Below are positions 1-13,052 of a stretch of DNA of 64,000 bases, one piece after another. The DNA comes from Amoebidium appalachense. Lineage: Eukaryota; Protista; Ichthyosporea. How positions within the stretch are numbered: the first letter of the stretch is position 1; every line of letters starts with the position of its first letter. The position numbers were made by a program, and so were the translations under genes. The stretch spans positions 682,001 through 746,000 of the forward strand of contig CAVNZM010000012.1 in NCBI GenBank assembly GCA_963693365.1, given 5' to 3'. The notes under the pieces are model-generated. The model saw nothing but the letters and a program-made list of their open reading frames with translations. It did no database searches and was not told where the DNA came from.

Positions 1-1
1 A

Positions 2-328
2 TGCCCCGAATGCCGGAAACCTGCAAAGGAAATTGTCCACCATCCCATGAGTTATCTCCACATTCTTGACGACCCAAAGATTATAGATCTGGCCACGCCT
101 GTATGTGGGCCCGGGCCTTGTAATCTTGCAATAGAAAAGGGCTACAAGCAACTTATGAAGGATGTGGGGGTGATTGATAGGAGGGCGGTGGTGTGTGCGG
201 GGTGCAATGGGAGTGCAACGAGTATGAAGGTATGCAGCAAGTGCAAGCGGGTGCATTATTGCAGTAGGGAGTGTCAGGTGGCGGACTGGCCGTTGCATAA
301 GCAAAGGTGTGTGGCCCCGGATAAGTAG
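2..328 (+). CDS. zf-MYND zinc-finger protein, 3' part (frame open from window start)
   Basis: C-terminal CAGC...CSKCKRVHYCSRECQVADWPLHKQRC is a canonical MYND finger. The frame continues upstream without a stop (CPECRKPAKEIVHHPMSYLH...), so the start lies outside the window. Confidence 0.85.
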   Translation, partial: CPECRKPAKEIVHHPMSYLHILDDPKIIDLATPVCGPGPCNLAIEKGYKQLMKDVGVIDRRAVVCAGCNGSATSMKVCSKCKRVHYCSRECQVADWPLHKQRCVAPDK

Positions 329-380
329 AAACCAAAATGCGTGTCTGTTGGATTCTCCCGTATTTTTTGCCTCGTCCCCC

Positions 381-411
<31 letters not shown>

Positions 412-458
412 TTTTTTTTTCTTTTGTCAAACACCTACAAAATGGTCTCTCACTTGTT

Positions 459-495
<37 letters not shown>

Positions 496-698
496 TCCCC
501 TTTCCCCCCTCCGCCCCCTTCTCTGCTCCCCCCCCCCCCCCCCTCTCCCCCCCCTCCCCAGCGATTTTCCTACATACACACACGGGCCGCTTGTTGACTG
601 TCTCAATCTTTACGGGATTGTTCACAGGTTAATATAATGTGGACTACTAGTGAATGTCGTGCCTCTGATTTGGCGTTGTAACTGGTGGATGTGTTTGG

Positions 699-729
<31 letters not shown>

Positions 730-1329
730 GTGTGTGTGTGTGTCTGCCAGTGTGTGTGTGGGGAGGGGGGGGGGGGGGGGGGGGAGGGGGGGGGGGTGAG
801 TGTGGGTGCCTGTTGATATGGCTTTGGGTTGGTTGGCAGTCGGGCCATTTGATTGGTTGGTTGGTTAGGAGAGGGAGAGGGGGTGGGGGGGGGGGGGGGG
901 GTTTGGAATCGTACACCATAAAACCCATGCCCAAGCACATGCGCACACGTATTCGAGAAAACACGGGGCCCGCACACGCGTATAAAGTCATCCCTCATAG
1001 TTACGATGTGATTGTGTTTATGGTCTGCCCGTGTGCCATGCTTGTCGATGGCATTTAAAAATTATTGCCGGCTGCATATTATGTATTGGTGTATGATATT
1101 AAAGCCTTTAATGTGGCTGATAGTTAGGCACCACTGTGTGCATGTCGTATGTGAAATTAAAGCACCTTTTTTTTAAATTACCGGCCTCTCATAATCAGTA
1201 TGATTGTTAAAGGTCCATCTAATGAAAGTTTTTTACTGAATTTGGTAGTGCGGGTTGACGCATGCGTCAAACATATACGCGTGCTACCGTGCGCGCTCAG
1301 ATGCCCACTGCGTACACCTTTTCAGACAC

Positions 1330-1570
1330 GGGTGCGCACATGCACACACAGGCGCATGTATGCAAGCGCACGTGAACACAAATACACACGTGCGCACGCG
1401 CACGCGCGCGCGCACACACGCATGCACGCATGCATGCACGCACACACACATGCACACGCACACACACACACACACACACGCACGCACGCGCATACACACA
1501 CACACATACACACGCGCGCACGCGTGCGCACGCACGCACGCACGCGCACGCACACGCACACGCACACAGC
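1330..1570. repeat. Alternating purine-pyrimidine (CA/CG/TG) compound microsatellite
   Basis: Direct reading: cacgcgcgcgcacacacgcatgcacgca... Confidence 0.9.
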
Positions 1571-2062
1571 ACATTAGTTGCTCCTCATACCGTCACGGTG
1601 AGCTGATGGGTTGCAAGTGTACACACACAAATGTGTGCATGCATGCAGCTTTCTTCCTCACTTAGTCTAGCACACTGTACACTTGACACAGATCTGTCAC
1701 AGGCACTAACACATGTTTACGTGCACACACACTTGCACACCTGGACACGCACAGGCACACGCGCTATTGCGCTCCCGCGCAGTTGAAACCAGTCGCGCCC
1801 ACATCTACACACCCGACCATGCACACTTGACACATACACATACCCACCCATGCCCCAGCCATTCACCACCCGAAGGGCACACACAAGAAGCACACACTCA
1901 CACACACAAACACGTATGTATAGTGCTGCACAAGGGGCATGTGTAGGTGTGTGGCCCATGCATGGGTCGGGGATGGCATTTATATGGCCTTGTGGGAGCA
2001 GTGCCTCAGTGGGAGAGATTCGGGGGGGTGGGGGTGGGGTGGGGGGGAGGGGGGGGGGAAGG

Positions 2063-2098
<36 letters not shown>

Positions 2099-3441
2099 GG
2101 GGGGGGAGCTGGGGGGGGGAAGGGAGGAATTCGGCATCCGGATCCCAGCCCCACGCTCACAGTAGTACACAACACTTGCCCCCCCTCATCCCCCCCCCCC
2201 CCCCCCCCCCTCCCCCCCCCTCCCCCCCAAGTAACATAACCACCACGACCACCACCGCCACCAGACGTGCAATTCCCCTGGGCCTCCCACGTGCGCAGGA
2301 TTAGATCTATCTTCCTGCATAGAATCATCCCCCCCCCCCCCCCCCCCCCCCCCCTTCTCCCGCATGTACACACACATACCCGGTTCGAAGTGCACAGCGT
2401 TCACTTCAATCAAATGATTGACCATTGGGCCCTGTGGCCTAGGCCTCACTCACGAAAGACAACTGACACTGCCTGATAAGCCCTGCCCCATAGACTTTCT
2501 CTAGCTCTGCCTCTCCGCTCTCCTCTCACTCTCTTGCTCGGTCTCACTTTCACTCTCGAAACGTAGATTCTAAATAAAATTAATTAGATCTCCCCGCATA
2601 CGTAAATCCCCTCCCCCTCCCCTTCCCCCCTCCCCGGGCCCCTTCCCCCCCTCTCGCCCACACACACTCGAAAGCAACTCATTAACACGTAATTGCGTAA
2701 ACGATAACCCAAGCCGTCCCCTCCCCCCTCCCCCCACTCCGAACACACAAAGAACTGACTACAACCGTAATCTTTGCATGCATGCGGCCCGGTCCTCCCC
2801 CCCCCCCCCCCTTTCACCCACACATACACACCGGGCCCACACACATACGGCGAGTAGCACCCAGAGCCTCCTTCCAGCACCAGCTGCAAGTGGCAAGAAC
2901 ATGAACACACACAGTTGCAAAGCCGCAACAAGTGTGTGTGTGAGGGGGATTGGCATGCCGGGGCAGCACTTGAGGGGAAGAAGGTGATTGGTCCATCCTG
3001 GATACGTGTGTGTGGGGTGTGGGTGGACAGCGTGAATGGTTGCAGTGTCGGCGTGCATAAAGGAACAGATAACGAGTGTGATAGAGGGATGCCAAGGGAT
3101 ATCCCGCATGTTTGAAATGATGCAAAAAATGGACAATTGGGTGCATATATGCAAGACCTGGCGTGTGAGTCACCTGAAGGAACAAAATTAGTGTCCGTAG
3201 ATGGACCAAGCACACATCCATATTGTGTTGCATGTGCTGCCTCCCCCCTCCCCGCCCCCAAACACACACACACAAACACACGGTGATGTTGGAACTCGCT
3301 CGACGCCTAAGACGGGGCTCGAGAATGGAACACAACTTCCGGGACAAGACTTTTTTAGTGGTGTGTGCGCGCATGTGTGTGTGTGTGTGTGTGTTTCTTT
3401 TCTTTTCTTCCCCTTATTTCTTTCTTTCTTTTTTTTTTTGG

Positions 3442-3503
<62 letters not shown>

Positions 3504-4479
3504 CTGAGGGCCAAATGGTATGTCAATTAACGGTTACAACCGGGCTGATCAAATAGTCGGTGTGTGGGCTTTATTCATGACACCGGGGACAAACATTGTC
3601 CAGCGGCAACACTAAAAGCTCATGCACATCGTTACAGCATATTACCGCTCTGTTATATCCTAGTAAGAGAAACACGGACAGGAACCAGTACAGTAGGTAA
3701 AGTAGGCTGCCTCTCGTCAAAAAGACAGTTAAGAGCTCGCAAGCAAACGAAGCCAAAATCAACGATGACTTAAACACACAACCGTGTGCAACAATCAGAA
3801 GCTCAGTAACCTAGTGCCTCCCAAATGCCTTATCCAAATCCCATCTCTCACACCTGCCCTTTACCACCCAATATTTCAACAATGTCCATCGCTATTAATC
3901 CCTTTTTTCTGACGCCAATCCCTTTTTTCCCGATATTCCCTTCATCAGATGGACAGGGAGGAGGGAAGGGACGGGGGAAGGAAAATGCAATGTTGAGGGA
4001 AGTAGGTGGTGGTAGGTGGATGGGTGGGGGAGAGAAGAGGGAGGGAGGGAGGGAGGGGAGAGAGAGAGAGAGAGAGAGAGGAGACGCGGGAGACAGGTCA
4101 GAAAAAGGGAGAGGGAAAGAAAGGGTACGGAGGAGGGGAAAAGAGGAGTAGACGAAACACCAAGGTTAATGGTTGGCCCTTAGGACACATAAAAGCCGAA
4201 CCACAATGACTGAAAAAAGGAGGCGCAAACTCAGAGCCTATCGACAAAAACGACTGAAAACAAAACCGAGGGAAAAATTTAAGATGGATACGTGTTGCAC
4301 CACGTGTGGTCTAACACTAGGCATGTGTCAGTAGCATCAGGTTTCACTTCCCCGCGCTTATTTAGATTAACCGACCCAGTTCTACTGAGGTCCCTTGATT
4401 CGACAGAGTGCCCTCACTCCCACTCCTCCCTGCCCAACGAGACCCCCAACCCCCCCCCCCTCCCCCCAAACCCTCTTCA

Positions 4480-5110
4480 AACACGGACCTTAGCCCCCGT
4501 CTTCTTCCCACCCCACACATACTTTGTAAGCCGCCACATTCCCCCCTCCCCCCAACCCCACTCTTCACGTCAGGGAAATACATACCAACAACACACACTG
4601 TCCCATTTTACCCATCCCCCCCCCCCCCCCCCCCCATTCCCCCCGGTTTCTGCACCCCCCCCCCCCCCAAAAAAAAGATACACAGATCTACTTTGACCCT
4701 CTCTCCCCCCCCCCCGAAAAAAAAACAGACCTACTTTGCCCCCCTCCCTCCCCCCACCCCCTTCTTTTCCGGTGTCTTCGCCCCCAAAGACACACAGATC
4801 CACTCCCCCCCCCCCCCCTATCCCCTTCGGTTTCTAACCCTCACCCCCCCTCAAAAAAACGGAACTAATTTGCCCCCCCCCCCCCCCCCTCCCTGTTTCT
4901 GCACCTCCCAAAACATACACACAAGTCAGGCTTGTTTCTGCAACCTAATATGTATATTAGGGCCCGAAACACATACACACGGATCCCCTTTTGCCCCCCC
5001 CCCCCCCCCCCCCCCCCCCCTTTCTTCTTCTGCAACCCCCCCAAAGCGCACACAGAACCACTTTGTCCCCCCCGAAACCCCCCCCCCACCCCCTAACACA
5101 CACACACACG
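4480..5110 (+). repeat. Degenerate tandem array with interspersed C-runs
   Basis: Recurring blocks tttctgcaccc...aaa.cacacagatc.actttgcccc at irregular ~60-120 bp spacing. Confidence 0.5.
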
Positions 5111-6546
5111 TCCCGGCTTTTCTCCACGTTTCTATAGCAATTATAACAACATGACACAAAACCTACCCCCTCCCCCCCCCCCCCCCCCCCCCCCCCTTCC
5201 ACCCCTTCTTTCCCGGTTTTCATATAATGCGTCTCGGAAAATGCCATCGTGGCCCAATCAGGCAGCACCCTTTCACCATGTTCGTCTCTTCCTTCCGTCC
5301 CTGTTGATTATGTTCCAAGAGGCACTGCTCCTTCTGTTGTAAAACTGGTAGCTTCCTTCACGCTGAAACTGTCAAAGTATAGGTGTGTCTAAAGAGGCTA
5401 AGCACAAAGGAAGGAGGGCTGGGGTGGGTTTTGAAGCATGGTTGAGTTTACGATTGCATCCAAGCAACGCTATGTGTGAGTGCGCACACAACACAGGCGC
5501 AGATGTCAGGCGCGTTGAATAGGTTCATGATCACATGTTTGCAGAGCGAGCTCAGTGGGAGCAGAAAGGAAAGGGGTAGGGTGGGGTGGAGTGGGGGTGA
5601 GGGAGAGGTTGTCGTGGTGGTGGTTGTGGTGGTATGTGTGTGTGTGTGTGTGTGTTGGGGGGGGGGGGGGGGGGAGGGGGGGGGAGGGGGAGCATAACCT
5701 GCATAACGTACTGAAAGGTGTCGCTGCGGTGGGTTCAAAATGCTTTGCCATGAGCGTGTTCCGCTCTAAACCACCCGATCTCCCTCTTGATGAATCGTGT
5801 GATAACGGCGGGCAAACATCATGCAATCCCACACAATCATTTTGACACCACACCTCCGGCTCTGTGGCCTGTGGGCACTACACGAAACTACAGATTGCCT
5901 TGATACTTACAAGAGCAACACTTTTCCTACCCTGTCAGCTGTCTCTCAAGCTCAACACCAGCGTCCACCTACTACAACAACAGTTCTTGGAACCGTTCTG
6001 CCTTCCTGTACACGTGTACAAATAACAACAACCTACGTAATGTGCCACATGCATGTACATGTGCACAGTCCAACGCCCGTTTGACGCCGACGGTCATTTT
6101 GAGTGGCTGCGGCGAAGCCGGGCGGCTAAATGCGGCTAATGGCGGGAGACGTTAGCCAATAACAATAGAGCGGTTAAGTCATTAGAGTCAATGAAATCGC
6201 AAAACAATTTACCTTTTTGAGCAGTAATGGTTCGATGCTGTTGCTTACACGTGCATGCCTCGACCGGCATGATAAAACTATCTGTGGACAACGACACCCA
6301 ATATATGTCTTTAGATAGGGTTTATTAGATTTTAATGCATTTATTCATTACTTTCCATTCGTGTAACAATTTGATACATGGAACCCAATTTTGCCGTTTA
6401 CCAGCTTAACCAATCCCGGCCGCAGGTATATAAACACAATTTACCTCTGTTGGCACCGGTCAATACACGTGTACAGGCGAACCCAACTGGTATCTTCGCC
6501 TCGTACTTTTTCTCTTTTTCTTGCTTGTTAGTTTTAATCTTTCAAA

Positions 6547-9458
6547 ATGGCAGTTAAGTCTAAGGAGCCCAAGGGCAAGAAGGAGGCCGAGAAGGCTAAG
6601 AAGGCCCCTCCCCCCAAGAAGGTCGAGAGCGAGAGCGAGGAGGAGAGCGAAGAAGAAGAGTCCGAGGCCTCCGAGGAGGAGAAGCCCAAGGCCAAGGTGT
6701 GTGTTGGGGGGGATGGATGTGGTGGGGGTGGTGGGGGTCGGGTGGGAGAGTGGGATAAGGTTTAGAGGAAGGGAGGCCTTAGGAGACGTGATGGGGGAAG
6801 GGGTGGGGTTGAGGGGCAGAAGCTGGTGATGGGTCAGTCCGGTTTGCTTTCTTTTCTTTCGGGATCTGGTATGACCGGAGATGTTAGACACTTTGGCCTG
6901 GTCTTTCAACCCTCTAAGATTCACGCACAAGTGCACATGCACATGCAGGCACAGCGCCTACTTTTCCATTATGCTCTTCTCGCCACTTTGTTTGCTTAGT
7001 CCCGTGCTTTCCAGGAGCTGCTTCTTGTCGACTTCCCCCCAATCCCCCCTCCCCCCCCCCCCCCCTCCTCCTCCCCTTTCCCCCCTCCTCCGCCCATCTC
7101 TTTTTACCTTTTTCTCGATGTCATCGTGTCGGCTGTTCAAGGCAGGGCACACTTATAAACGCTTTTAGAGAAAGGGGTTCCTTTTGCATAACTTGACCTA
7201 CGGTGTGGGCCGAGTAATATAAGCCTTTTATGATTTTGCAGCTTCCAACTTTTGTTTTCTCCCCCCCCCCCTTTCTCCCGTCCAGCTTGTTACTTGGATG
7301 CCTTTGTCGTTTAGTGTCTCATAGTCGTGACCCCCTTCCCTCCCCGCCTTTCCCCCGTCTGGGCCTTCCCCCCCCCCCCCCCCCCCCCCGGCAAACCCAT
7401 AAACACAAACTTGTTCACACTTGCGAACACTGAACCACCTCTGTGCACCGTTGCTCCTCCGTTGTCGTTTCCCAAACCTTTTAGTATATCATTTTTCTTC
7501 CCTGCTTGAGCTGCAGAGAGCATGCTATCTCTGTCTTGTAGTTCTCGTGTGCCAGCTACCCTTCGGTTACTTATAGTAGTGTGCTTTACAGGCCGGCACG
7601 TCTGCCAAGAAGGAGGAGTCCTCTGAGGAGGAGGAAAGCGAGGAGGAAGAGAGCGAGGAGGAGGAAAGTGAGGAGGAGGAGAAGCCCAAGAAGGCTGCCC
7701 CCGCTAAGAAGGCACCCGCCAAGAAGGAGAGTGAGAGCGAGGAGGAGGAAGAAGAGAGTGAGGAGGAGAGCGAGGAGGAGGAGAAACCAAAGAAGGGGGC
7801 TGCCAAGAAGGAAGAGAGCGAGGAGGAGAGTGAAGAGGAGGAGAGCGAGGAGGAGGAGAACGGTGACAAGATGGAGGACGAAGAGGAGGAGGAGGAGGAG
7901 CCGATCAAGAAGAAGGGTGCTGATAAGGGCGCACAGAAGCGCAAGGCAGAGACGCAGATCGAGACCCCCGCCAAGAAGCAGGCTGCTGAGGGTGGTGAGG
8001 GCACCACCCTCTTCGTGGGTGGCCTCGACTTCAAGCTGGACAACGATGGTCTGCGCGAGGCATTCAGCGAGAATGGCTTCGAGGTGACTGACGTGCGCGT
8101 CCAGATGGACCGCGAATCGGGCCGCTCAAGAGGGTGTGTATCTCCCCCCCCCCCCCCCCCCCCCTCTCCCTCCGTGTGTGTGTGCTTGTATGGCTTCCCC
8201 TTGATTATGCCTGTGTGTGGCGTCTCTACGGCTATTCCCCTTGTGGTTGCTTTCAGGTTGAAGCATTATGGATGACCAGGACTGATCTTTCGGGAAACTT
8301 GGAGATACAAGAAGGGAAAGAGAAGGAGAATGGGTTTCAGCAAAACAGGTGTATGTAGAACACCCACCCATGGGGTAGTATATATGATACTCACTCGGTC
8401 ACTGCAGGTTTGCCTATGTCGAGTTTGCCGACGCAGCCACGGCCAAGAAGGCCCACAGCCAGATGGCCGGTGTCGAGGTGATGGGCCGTGCCCTCCGCCT
8501 GGACTGGGCCAACTCCAAGCCCGCAGCACGCACCCCGGGTGGTGGCAAGAGCGAGCCATCCACATCTCTGTTTGTGAAGGGCCTGCCCTACAGCGCCAGC
8601 CAGGAGACCGTGCAGGAGTTCTTCTCCGAGCACAACCCCACCAGTGTTCGCCTGCCATGGGACAACGACAACGACCGGCCCAAGGGCTTTGCCTACATCG
8701 ACTTCGAGGATGCCGACAGCGCCAAGGCTGCCATTGAGGCTCTCAACGGTGCCGACATGGAGGGTCGCAGCATCTTCATCGACTTTGCCACCCCACGCTC
8801 AAACGATGGCGGTAGCAGGGGTGGCCGTGGTGGCCGCGGCGGCGGATTCGGCGGACGTGGCGGCCGCGGCGGCCGTGGTGGTGGATTCGGCGGCGGACGT
8901 GGCGGCCGTGGTGGTTCGTTCGGCGGCCGTGGTGGCGGACGCGGTGGCGCACGTGGTGGTAAGTGTCCCTTTCGTTGATGTTTGTGCATTTGCTTGTGCT
9001 TGCCCCTGCACCCTGACCCCCCCCCCTGCCCCCCGCTCATAAACCCTCTCTCCCGCCGTTAAAACTACCGCCACCATACATGCACACATGACACCACCAG
9101 ACATGGACATATAACAGACCACCACACATCATCTTCACACTCGCAAACCGTTGTACTCCCCCTTCCTCCCCCCCCCCCCCCCCGCCCCCCCCCCCCATTT
9201 CAACCCTAGGCCTATTCCCTCGTATGTCCTCTTCTTTCCCCACTGTACAAATGAAGATACAACCCAATGCTGAGCACCTCACTCCTTCTCAACCCTCTTC
9301 AAGGGGAATGTACATACTAAGTCGTTTTGATGGCCAGAACGATTCCTATTTTGTGCCCTACATGTATAAAGTTCTTACAGTCCTATGTTCCAGGTTTCCG
9401 CGGCGGCCGTGGTGGCGGAAGCGAGTTCAAGGGCAAGAAGATGAGCTTCGATGATTAA
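6547..9458 (+). CDS. NCL: Nucleolin/Nsr1/Gar2-like protein; exons 6547-6696, 7592-8133, 8408-8958, 9394-9458
   Basis: Alternating acidic-Ser and Lys/Ala/Pro N-terminus, two RRMs (LFVGGL...RGFAYVEF; LFVKGL...KGFAYIDF), RGG/GAR domain, C-terminal FKGKKMSFDD*. All GT-AG introns are phase-compatible. Confidence 0.96.
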
Positions 9459-9890
9459 GCGGCGAAAGGGCGGGTGGGTGGGGTTGGGTTTGAAGGTCGG
9501 AGCCTGATGTTTGCTGTTGCTACGCTCACGTTGAAAAATTAAGTGACCCAATGTAGTGAATTCGTGATTTTCAATTATGATTTTATGGTTTTAGGACTTA
9601 CTGATTGCACGGGTGGTTGTACCACTTAACGACTGTACGTAATCAGGTTTTGAAGATCACAGCAACACAACACTGATTTTTACGATTATGTCACCTCTTG
9701 TTTTCTTTGCATAGGCGACATTTATTCCATGCGCTAAGGCATGGTTAGTATCGTGTGTACATTGGTTGCGGATAATAGTGGCTGTGCTCGAACAGGCAGT
9801 CAAGTCAATAAACTCCGAAGGAGTTATTCCCAGTCAGACAACACCATATGTGCACCGTCTATCCTCCCCCCCCCCCCCCCCCCCCCCCCC

Positions 9891-10568
9891 CGCGCACGCA
9901 TGCACACACCGCTCTGTTGGCGACAGCTCCCTTGGAACCCATGCGGCATGTTACCCGCCGGCGTAACATAACTCGGACTATCGGTTTGGCTTTTTTCAAG
10001 CCCAAAGCAATGGGTGATACCATATTTCCGGCTGACATCCGGGGGCATAGCTTTCCGTTCGAAGACGATAAAGTTCCGCCCTAGTAAGCGTGTTACTACC
10101 CTGCGGCGTGGGTCAAATCTCATATTTTCCCCTCTGATTACGAATTCTGTGGCCTTCGGGACTTAATTCTTTTCAGCTGGTGTAGTATGTTAGCCAGGGA
10201 AGTATCGACTTAGGTATCGACGGGGGAGCTTCCTAGAAGCCCCGTCTCCTGAGTTCCTATCTATATTTTTCTTGCTTCTGCTTACTGCTGCAACTTTAAC
10301 CCCCGGCCTTTCCCACTGCCCTTGCCTGCATAAGCAACCCTGCTCGTCTCTGATCAAGACGGGTGACCTACTCATGTTCAAGTGAAACAGTATCTGAGTT
10401 GGGTTTCGTTAACGAGGGGAATAGGTCGAAACTCGGGTACTGTGGATGACGTGGGCCCCCCCTGAGGATGGGCTCTGCTTATTATGCATACTCTTTATGT
10501 ATGGCTTGCATTCTGCATCGTGTTATCCGTTTGTTCTTGTGTACTTCGTACTTTTTGACGCATTCAAA
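9891..10568 (+). mobile_element. 678-bp interspersed element, copy 1 (putative non-autonomous/3' unit of a poly(C)-associated Penelope-like retroelement)
   Basis: Reverse complement of 47840-48517 with no differences seen by eye. Flanked by poly(C) on both sides, carries several hairpins, and ends ...gacgcattcaaa + (C)n. The repeat itself is certain; the class is inferred. Confidence 0.8.
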
Positions 10569-10570
10569 CC

Positions 10571-10601
<31 letters not shown>

Positions 10602-10666
10602 GTGCACACATACACCACCATCTACCCACACACTCACGGGACGAGGATATATCATCGATTGGCTCT

Positions 10667-10740
10667 GCAAAATCTGCCTTGTGGTGTCCGTCGTGAATGT
10701 GCACTTTTTTTACTCGGTAACACATTCTTATCCTCTCAAC
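10667..10740 (+). repeat. Short dispersed repeat (tail family B) ending before a C-rich run
   Basis: Ungapped, roughly 80% match by eye to 63306-63370 (caaaatctgc..tgtggtgtcc.tc.tgaat.tgca...ctc.gtaaca.attct). Weaker relative at 59636-59700. Confidence 0.7.
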
Positions 10741-11893
10741 CCCTCCGCAACAACAAAGGCTCCCGCCACATTGTTTTGATATATGGTACACTCATGTGGG
10801 TGGATTATGGGCACAACGGCCTGTGTGTGCTTTTATTAGAACGGATGCAGAAGAGACACAACACACACAAACGAAGCGTTGCGCATGTCTGTGCCATAAC
10901 TGCACATTAAGGACTAAGCGTTCAGATTTTGAAATTTCATGTCCCATTGATCAAATTTCCTATGAGAGATTTGCGGCCCCCAAGGAGTTTAGGGAGTTGG
11001 GGGGTATGGGAGACCAAGCCGTGCACGTGGCTCACGGGCCCGGCGCCAAAATTTGAAATCCCCGCGCGGGCCAGACTGGGCCTGAGCTCAGACGGTATAA
11101 CGGACCAATCCCGACTTTGACCATATATGGTCAATGTCTTGCAAATTCGTCTGGCAGGTGAGTCGTTAATGCGTGCCTCTCTGGTCTGTGCCATGACTGC
11201 ACACAAAGGCGTGCCTCTCTGGTTAGTGGCTGTCGCACTGGAATGGGTCACAGGGCCCATGACCCCCCCCCCCCCCCCCCCCCCCCTCCCCCACACACAC
11301 ACACACACACGCAAGATACAAGGGCATGCGGTGTGTCACTGTAGCTGCATAAATGTGGGTGATCGTTTTGCCTGCCCCGGTCTTGCACACTTGGTGACTG
11401 TTATTTTTTTTAGATTCTTTGCTCAGCGACTCGTTCTTGGTCCTAATTGGGCCCTGGAGGTTAGGGTAGTAACAGTAAACAATCCCAGAGTTGTTCCTTT
11501 TCACCGACATTTTATTCTCTGCTCGTGAGATTTCTGAGCAAATTACAATAATAGGTAGTACTAAATAGGTAATACTATGTACATGTGCCTGTGTATGGGT
11601 CCCTGTGTATGGGTCCTTGCACGAGCAAGCACACATGTAAACGAGTTCGTGCGTGTGTGTGTGTGTGCGTGCTGGTGTACATCGTGACATGTGGTGGTGT
11701 GCACGCTGTACGTGTGTGTGTTGTGTCACTTGTGTCTCCTTGGAGAAAGCCGTCCCAAGGTCACTCGAACCAAATGGCCTCAAAGATAACCATATATGGT
11801 TTGGCGCCAAAGTTCAGCCAATCACAACCATGAGCCACTTATTGATGTCCAGGGTTCGATTTCTGTTTTTGAAACTTTGGGGTAGGGTTCAAA

Positions 11894-12760
11894 TTGTTCA
11901 TCTCTCGGACCTCGCGTAGGCATCCTCTGATGGCTCCTTTGCTGTGTGTTTTTGGTCTCCCTCCGGCGAGTCAGCGTATGAATGAGTTAGGCCTTCGCTT
12001 TTGTTTTCATCTGGTTAGGCTTCCTTCTTATCATCCTTTGTTGCAATTCTTTCCTTCTTTAGCCCCTGTTCCCATTTCTGATGTTCGTGCGAAATGTCCT
12101 GTACCCAATCTATCTCCCATTCAGAGATATCCTTTTAAATATATCGTCTCCTTTATTTTTCTCTTCCCCTATTTATCAGCAGTATGTTACTTGGTTTCAT
12201 ACTCAATATCCTTTGCTTCATCGTTGTGATAAAGAGTATCATGGTAGGACTCTTGAGCCTGTGCTTCTTTTTATATTAGAGATTCGTATATTTTCTCTAC
12301 AATCGACGTTATGTCAATGAGCTACTTATATTCATCCTTCCTCTCGTAAACCTACAACACTTGCCGATTTTGCCATTCTAACCTCTCCTTGTGATAGTGC
12401 TTGGAAATATGTTTATTTTGGCATTGTAACCTTAGTTTCCATAAATGTTTGTGTCACTTTTGTGCAGAACCTTTTTCTCGCAAACATCTAGATAGATGTA
12501 TTTATTTATCTCAGATTCTTCCGTTAGAAATTCGAAGACTCGCTTATTTAGATAATCCTGATATTACTTCTATTGACTATCTGTTAAACCACCGTATGTT
12601 TAACGAGTTTTCTAGGGTGTATGATTATTTGAGTCGTTCTCTCCTCCGTATCCGTGAGTAGGGGTTTTCGTATTTTCTTCTCTGAGATAGTATCTGTGAT
12701 ATCTCTGGCTTGCTTCTCTTTCATGAGCATATCAATAAAGTCATTATAACAAAAAACAAA
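11894..12760 (+). mobile_element. Degenerate 5'-truncated non-LTR retrotransposon (LINE) 3' end
   Basis: Frameshifted ORF with CCHC-type knuckle CHFCAEPFSRKHLDRC ending ...LLRIRE* at 12661, short 3' UTR, AATAAA at 12734 and an A-rich tail. Homologous copies at 13053-13150 and 32871-33107. Confidence 0.8.
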
Positions 12761-12978
12761 TTGTTTGGGATTTGTCAAAAAACCTTTGGGAAAGGCTTTG
12801 GGAAAATCCTGGGCGTGCAAACAAACGGTCATGAACACGGCCCTCCTCCCCTACCCCCTCTAGATCTTTGCCCTCCGGCCGTGTCGACCCACTGTGGTAC
12901 CCACTCACGGCCCGCAAACTCCCCCCTCCCCCCGGCTGCCGGCCTCCCTGCCTCAACAACGTCCCTCCCTCCGGATCC

Positions 12979-13025
<47 letters not shown>

Positions 13026-13052
13026 AATCCCCCCCCGAATCCCCGGAGGTTC

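Noticed and set aside
8265-9330. Intronic C/D snoRNAs in nucleolin introns (atggatga...ctga; atgaaga...ctga)
   Set aside because: Boxes are imperfect and too close together, and no terminal stem or rRNA guide could be identified. A snoscan/Infernal run would be needed.
10425-10475. Canonical hammerhead ribozyme (GAAAC ... CUGAGGA)
   Set aside because: Core words are present but stems II and III could not be paired in any permutation by eye.
11107-11812. Palindromes ttgaccatatatggtcaa and aaccatatatggtt/tttggcgccaaa
   Set aside because: Short, with no matching termini or TSD defining an element.
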